A stretch of DNA of 64,000 nt from Candidatus Binatia bacterium (lineage in GTDB: Bacteria; Desulfobacterota; Binatia; UBA9968; JAJDTQ01): positions 3,616,001-3,680,000 of the forward strand of contig OY762897.2 of the NCBI GenBank assembly GCA_963666515.2, given 5' to 3'. A program made the position numbers and the translations under genes. The notes beneath the pieces are model-generated. The model was not told the origin of the DNA. It searched no databases and worked only from the letters and a program-made list of their open reading frames with translations. Position 1 is the first letter of the stretch. Each line of letters starts with the position of its first letter. Below are positions 59,476 through 64,000 of the stretch, one piece after another.

Positions 59476-61374
59476 TCAGCCGGCCTTCATCTTGTAGAGG
59501 TACAGGGAAAGCACGGAGATGGCCGCCGGGGTCACCCCCGAGATTCGGTAAGCCTGTCCGAGGGAACGGGGCCGCACGTGGGAAAGCTTCTCCCGGATCT
59601 CGCGCGAGAGCCCGTTGATCTGCCCGTAGTCCAGGTCCTCCGGGAGGGTCACGTTCTCCATCTTCTGGAACCGCTTGAGGCCCTGGGTCTGCCGGTCCAC
59701 GTAACCGCTGTATTTTATGGATACTTCCGTCTGTAGCGCCACATCCGGCGGCGCCTCGGCCAGCTCCGGACAGAACGTAGCCAGGTTCCCGAAAGCGATC
59801 TCCGGCCGGCGGAGCAACTGCGCCAACGACGTGATGTTCCGTACGGGAGCCGTTTCCATGGCGTGGAGTTGGGCCTGGACGGACTTGGACGGATTGACAC
59901 GCGTGTTCTCCAACTTTTGGGTCAACTCGGTGATCTGTTCCTGCTTCCGGGCGGTCCTCGCGTATGCCTCCGGCGTGGCGAGGCCGATACGGCGCCCCAG
60001 CTCGGTAAGGCGCAGGTCCGCGTTGTCCTCCCGGAGCAGCAAGCGGTACTCGGCCCGGGAGGTGAACATCCGGTAGGGCTCGCCATCGGTTCCCTTGGTG
60101 ACCAGGTCGTCGATCAACACGCCGATGTAGGCTTGGTCGCGGGAAAGAACCAGCGGCTCTTCCCCCTTGAGGGCGAGACACGCGTTGATGGCCGCCATCA
60201 GCCCCTGGCTGGCCGCCTCCTCGTACCCGGTGGTCCCGTTGATCTGACCGGCCAGGTAGAGGTTGCCGATGGACTTGGTCTCCAGGGAAGGCTTGAGCTG
60301 AGTCGGCTCCACGTAGTCGTACTCGATGGCATAGCCGGGCCTCATGATCTCCGCCTCTTCAAGGCCTTCGATGCTGTGAACCAGGTCCACCTGGACGTCG
60401 AGAGGGAGGCTCGTGGAGATGCCGTTCGGGTAGACCTCCACAGTGTCATAGCCTTCGGGCTCCAGGAAGATCTGGTGGCGCTGCTTTTCCGCGAAACGCA
60501 CCACCTTGTCCTCGATGGAGGGGCAGTAACGCGGTCCGCGGCTCTTGATGACCCCGGAATACATGGGCGATCGGTGGATGGCCGCCCGGATGATGTCGTG
60601 TGTCCTGGAGTTCGTATAGGTGATGTGGCAGGGGATCTGTCTCTGCTCGATCCGCTCCGTTCCAAAGGAGAACGGTATCGGGTTTTCATCGCCGTACTGG
60701 ACGGAAAGTCTCGAAAAATCAATGGTATGGGCGTTCAACCGCGGGCAGGTCCCGGTCTTGAGCCTTCCGAGCCGGAGCCCCAGTGCGCTCAACGACCCGC
60801 TCAAGCCCTGGGCGGCGAAATCGCCGGCGCGGCCGGCCGAATAGTTGCGGTCGCCGACGTGGATCATGCCCTGAAGGAAGGTCCCGGTGGTCAAGATGGT
60901 CTTCCTGGCCTCGAAGACTTCCCCGATCTGCGATTCGACGCCCGCGACCTTGCCGTCACGGCAGAGGAGCGCCTCGACGCTGGCCTGCTTGAGGGTCAGA
61001 TTCTCGCAGTTCTCCACCACCTGCTTCATCCGCCGGCGGTAAAGGGCCTTGTCGGCCTGCGCCCGGGACGCCCTGACCGCCGGCCCCTTCTTCGTGTTCA
61101 GCATGCGGAACTGGATGCCGGTCTCGTCGATGGCGCGGGCCATCTCGCCCCCGAGGGCGTCGATCTCCTTGACGAGATGCCCCTTCCCTATGCCGCCGAT
61201 GGCCGGATTGCACGACATCTGGCCGATATGGTCGAGGTTCAGCGTCAGCATCAACGTGTCGAAACCCATGCGCGCGGCCGCCAGAGCGGCTTCGATGCCC
61301 GCGTGTCCGGCGCCGACCACGATGACGTCGTATATCCTGCCGTTCCCCTTTTCCGACTGTTTCACGTGAAACAT
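59476..61374 (-). CDS. mnmG: tRNA modification enzyme MnmG/GidA
   Basis: VGAGHAG, MSCNPAIGG, GPRYCPSIEDK and AGQINGTTGYEEAA. Confidence 0.98.
   Translation of the reverse strand: MFHVKQSEKGNGRIYDVIVVGAGHAGIEAALAAARMGFDTLMLTLNLDHIGQMSCNPAIGGIGKGHLVKEIDALGGEMARAIDETGIQFRMLNTKKGPAVRASRAQADKALYRRRMKQVVENCENLTLKQASVEALLCRDGKVAGVESQIGEVFEARKTILTTGTFLQGMIHVGDRNYSAGRAGDFAAQGLSGSLSALGLRLGRLKTGTCPRLNAHTIDFSRLSVQYGDENPIPFSFGTERIEQRQIPCHITYTNSRTHDIIRAAIHRSPMYSGVIKSRGPRYCPSIEDKVVRFAEKQRHQIFLEPEGYDTVEVYPNGISTSLPLDVQVDLVHSIEGLEEAEIMRPGYAIEYDYVEPTQLKPSLETKSIGNLYLAGQINGTTGYEEAASQGLMAAINACLALKGEEPLVLSRDQAYIGVLIDDLVTKGTDGEPYRMFTSRAEYRLLLREDNADLRLTELGRRIGLATPEAYARTARKQEQITELTQKLENTRVNPSKSVQAQLHAMETAPVRNITSLAQLLRRPEIAFGNLATFCPELAEAPPDVALQTEVSIKYSGYVDRQTQGLKRFQKMENVTLPEDLDYGQINGLSREIREKLSHVRPRSLGQAYRISGVTPAAISVLSLYLYKMKAG
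61358..61373. other. parS centromere site overlapping the mnmG start
   Basis: Perfect TGTTTCACGTGAAACA. Confidence 0.95.
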
Positions 61375-61451
61375 CCCTCACTGACTTGTGGATCAGAACT
61401 CCAATTGTGCCAAATTCCCCGACGAACTTCCATGCGCCGGAGCAAATGCGG

Positions 61452-62840
61452 TTACTTCCCTATGCAGAACTGGGAGAAGATACGGTCGAGGATATCCTCG
61501 TTGGTCACCGTGCCGATGATTTCCTCCAGGCTGTCTCTAGCCTCCTGCAAGTCCACGGCGACGATATCCGGCGGCAAGCCACGGCCGATGGCCTCGTGCA
61601 CCTCCAGCAGGCTCGCCCGCGCCCGATCCAGTGCGGCCTTGTGGCGCACGTTGGTCACGACGATCTCCGGCTCCTCCGTGGAATCCAGAAAGCAATCGCG
61701 CAAGGCGGCCTTCAACCGATCCAGCCCCTGGTTCGTCAGCGCCGACACCTCGACCTGTTCCAGTCCGGGCAAGCACCCTGAAACGGCCGACCGGTCGATC
61801 CTCTGGGGCAGATCGGACTTGTTGACGACCACAAGCCCCTGTTTCTCCCGCACCATTTCCATCACCGCCATGTCTTCCCTGGTCAGCGAAACGGAGCCGT
61901 CGAGAACGAGCATGCATCCCTGGCTCTCCTCGAGCCGCTTGAAGGTCACGTCGATGCCGATCTGCTCCACGCCCTCGGTCCGGTCCCTGATGCCCGCGGT
62001 GTCCCACAGCACCACCGGCAGGCCCTTCAGGTTGACCGTTTCCTCGATGAAGTCCCGGGTCGTTCCCGGCGTCGCGGTGACGATGGCCCGCTCCACGCCG
62101 AGCAACGCGTTCATCAGGCTCGACTTGCCGACGTTGGGCCGTCCGACGATGCATACCCGGACGCCCTCGCGGATCAACCGGCCCCATGCGTAGCTGTCCA
62201 CGAGCGCCGATATCCTTTCCACGACCCCGGTGACCTTGCGCCCCAGTTCCTCGCGCTGGAGCAGCTCGATCTCTTCCTCCGGGAAGTCGATGGCCGCCTC
62301 CACCTGCACCAGCGTATCCACCAATTGTTCCCGCAGGTCCTGCACCTCCTGCGACAGCCCGCCCTCCATCTGGCCCAACGCCACTCCCGCGGCCTTGTCC
62401 GTACGTGACCGGATCAGGTCCAGCACGGCCTCGGCCTGGGCCAAATCCAACCGTCCGTTCAAGTAGGCCCTCTTGGTGAACTCGCCCGGCTCCGCGTGCC
62501 GCGCCCCGCGCTTCAGCGCCAGACCGAGCACCTGACGGACCACGTACGGGCCGCCGTGACAATGAATCTCGACGGTATCCTCGCCGGTGTAGCTTCTGGG
62601 CTCCTGGAGAAACGCGAACATCACCTCATCCACCACGGCTCCGCTGTCCGGATCCCGAACCCGCCCGTAGGACAATCGGTGCGATTCCCACCCGGTATCC
62701 TTGCGGGCGAGGACCTCGGCCCCGATGCGCCGGGCATCCGGACCGCTCAGGCGCACCACCGCGACGCCTCCCTCGCCGGGAGGCGTCGCCACCGCTGCTA
62801 TGGTATCTGCCCGGTACATCGAGAAGTCCACGGCTTCCAT
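61452..62840 (-). CDS. mnmE: tRNA modification GTPase MnmE/TrmE
   Basis: DTIAAVATPPG, GRPNVGKSS, PGTTRD, DTAG, NKSD and terminal FCIGK. Confidence 0.98.
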   Translation of the reverse strand: MEAVDFSMYRADTIAAVATPPGEGGVAVVRLSGPDARRIGAEVLARKDTGWESHRLSYGRVRDPDSGAVVDEVMFAFLQEPRSYTGEDTVEIHCHGGPYVVRQVLGLALKRGARHAEPGEFTKRAYLNGRLDLAQAEAVLDLIRSRTDKAAGVALGQMEGGLSQEVQDLREQLVDTLVQVEAAIDFPEEEIELLQREELGRKVTGVVERISALVDSYAWGRLIREGVRVCIVGRPNVGKSSLMNALLGVERAIVTATPGTTRDFIEETVNLKGLPVVLWDTAGIRDRTEGVEQIGIDVTFKRLEESQGCMLVLDGSVSLTREDMAVMEMVREKQGLVVVNKSDLPQRIDRSAVSGCLPGLEQVEVSALTNQGLDRLKAALRDCFLDSTEEPEIVVTNVRHKAALDRARASLLEVHEAIGRGLPPDIVAVDLQEARDSLEEIIGTVTNEDILDRIFSQFCIGK

Positions 62841-62988
62841 GAGCCAGCGCCATTATAGCCCATCCGTCCCCGTCGTGCGTCCCACTTGGGCGATCCCTGA
62901 CGCGCCGCACCGCCCGCACCTTCTAGCCGGCGCGTATTCGCCTCACCCGAAAAACTGTGTTAGATAAGCAGGTTCGATAGGGAACGCC

Positions 62989-64000
62989 ATGAACCAGACC
63001 ACAGACGACCTGCGAATCGAGACCCTGCGTCCGCTGCTGCCGCCGATGATCCTGGTCAACGAGGAGTTGCCGATCACCGAGCAGGCCACTGCCACGGTAA
63101 CCAGGGCCCGCCAGGAGATCGAAGCGATCCTGAGCGGCGAAGACCGCCGTCTGCTCGTCGTCTCCGGCCCCTGCTCCGTTCACGACTCGGACGCGGCCAT
63201 TGAGTACGCCGGCCGCTTGAAACACGAAGCCGCCCGCCTGGCGGACGACCTGCTGGTGATCATGCGCGTCTACTTCGAGAAGCCGCGCACCACGGTAGGT
63301 TGGAAGGGCCTCATCAACGACCCGGACCTCGACGGCACGTTCAACCTCAACAAGGGGCTGCGGCTCGCCCGGGGTCTGCTGCTGGATCTGGCCAACATGG
63401 GACTGCCCACGGGGTCCGAGTTCCTGGACACCATCACTCCCCAGTTCACCGCCGACTTGGTTTCGTGGGGGGCCATCGGCGCCCGCACCGCGGAAAGCCA
63501 GGTGCATCGGGAGCTGGCTTCCGGACTGTCCATGCCCGTGGGCTTCAAGAACAGCACCGGCGGCTCCATCCAGATCGCCATCGACGGCGTGCGCGCCGCC
63601 GCACACCCGCATCATTTCCTCGGCGTGACCCACCAGGGAATCGCCGCGGTCATCTCGACGCATGGCAACGCGAGCTGCCACGTCGTCCTGCGCGGCTCCA
63701 ACCTCGGCCCCAACTTCGACCGGACCGTGGTCGACGAGACCGCGCAGTCCATGCACGACGCCAACCTGCCGCACCGGGTGCTCGTGGACTGCAGCCACGG
63801 CAACAGCCAGAAGGACTACCGGCGGCAGCCCGAGGTCTGTGCCGACGTCTGCGGGCAGGTCGCCTCCGGCTCCGACAACATCTGCGGCGTCATGATGGAG
63901 AGCCACCTCGTGGCAGGCCGCCAGGACATCAAGCCCGACACCCCGCTCACCTACGGCCAGAGCGTCACCGACGCCTGCATCGACTGGGAAACCACCGTTC
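62989..64000 (+). CDS. 3-deoxy-7-phosphoheptulonate (DAHP) synthase, type I-alpha, partial (runs off edge)
   Basis: Manual translation from ATG 62989: MNQTTDDLRI...GPCSVHD...RVYFEKPRTTVGWKGLINDP...IGART..SQVHR...DCSHGNS...YGQSVTDAC. Confidence 0.95.
   Translation, partial: MNQTTDDLRIETLRPLLPPMILVNEELPITEQATATVTRARQEIEAILSGEDRRLLVVSGPCSVHDSDAAIEYAGRLKHEAARLADDLLVIMRVYFEKPRTTVGWKGLINDPDLDGTFNLNKGLRLARGLLLDLANMGLPTGSEFLDTITPQFTADLVSWGAIGARTAESQVHRELASGLSMPVGFKNSTGGSIQIAIDGVRAAAHPHHFLGVTHQGIAAVISTHGNASCHVVLRGSNLGPNFDRTVVDETAQSMHDANLPHRVLVDCSHGNSQKDYRRQPEVCADVCGQVASGSDNICGVMMESHLVAGRQDIKPDTPLTYGQSVTDACIDWETTV

Overview
High-GC bacterial chromosomal window close to the replication origin: it has two perfect parS sites plus parAB, mnmEG, rsmG, gyrBA and rpmH-rnpA-yidD-yidC-jag. 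Gene content (F1Fo operon split with b'/b-delta-alpha-gamma-beta-epsilon after parB, tmk-holB-metG-tatD) suggests a deltaproteobacteria-like lineage such as Binatia; this is inference only. Most of the window is housekeeping: groESL, shikimate genes, a complex I operon lacking nuoB and nuoEFG, ribBX, pyrF, proS and a TetR-MFP-RND pump. Small, compositionally distinct cassettes with no integrase or transposase sit between these genes. The largest (about 23.6-27.2 kb) carries two translationally coupled gene pairs. One is a uracil-DNA-glycosylase-superfamily protein plus a putative nucleotide-modification-associated protein, the best candidate here for an undescribed modified-base/anti-phage system. 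The other is a His-motif DUF6978-like protein plus a DUF1828 protein. An orphan Xre/MbcA antitoxin fragment lies between the pairs. Other observations: a TIR-domain remnant, a Fic-HTH gene with 11-bp-phased operator repeats, a HEPN-MNT pair, a probable ATT start (or aroC read-through) for aroK, an in-frame palindromic repeat in tatD, several apparently leaderless genes and a partial reductive-dehalogenase/QueG-like gene. All family assignments come from motif recognition by eye, not database searches.
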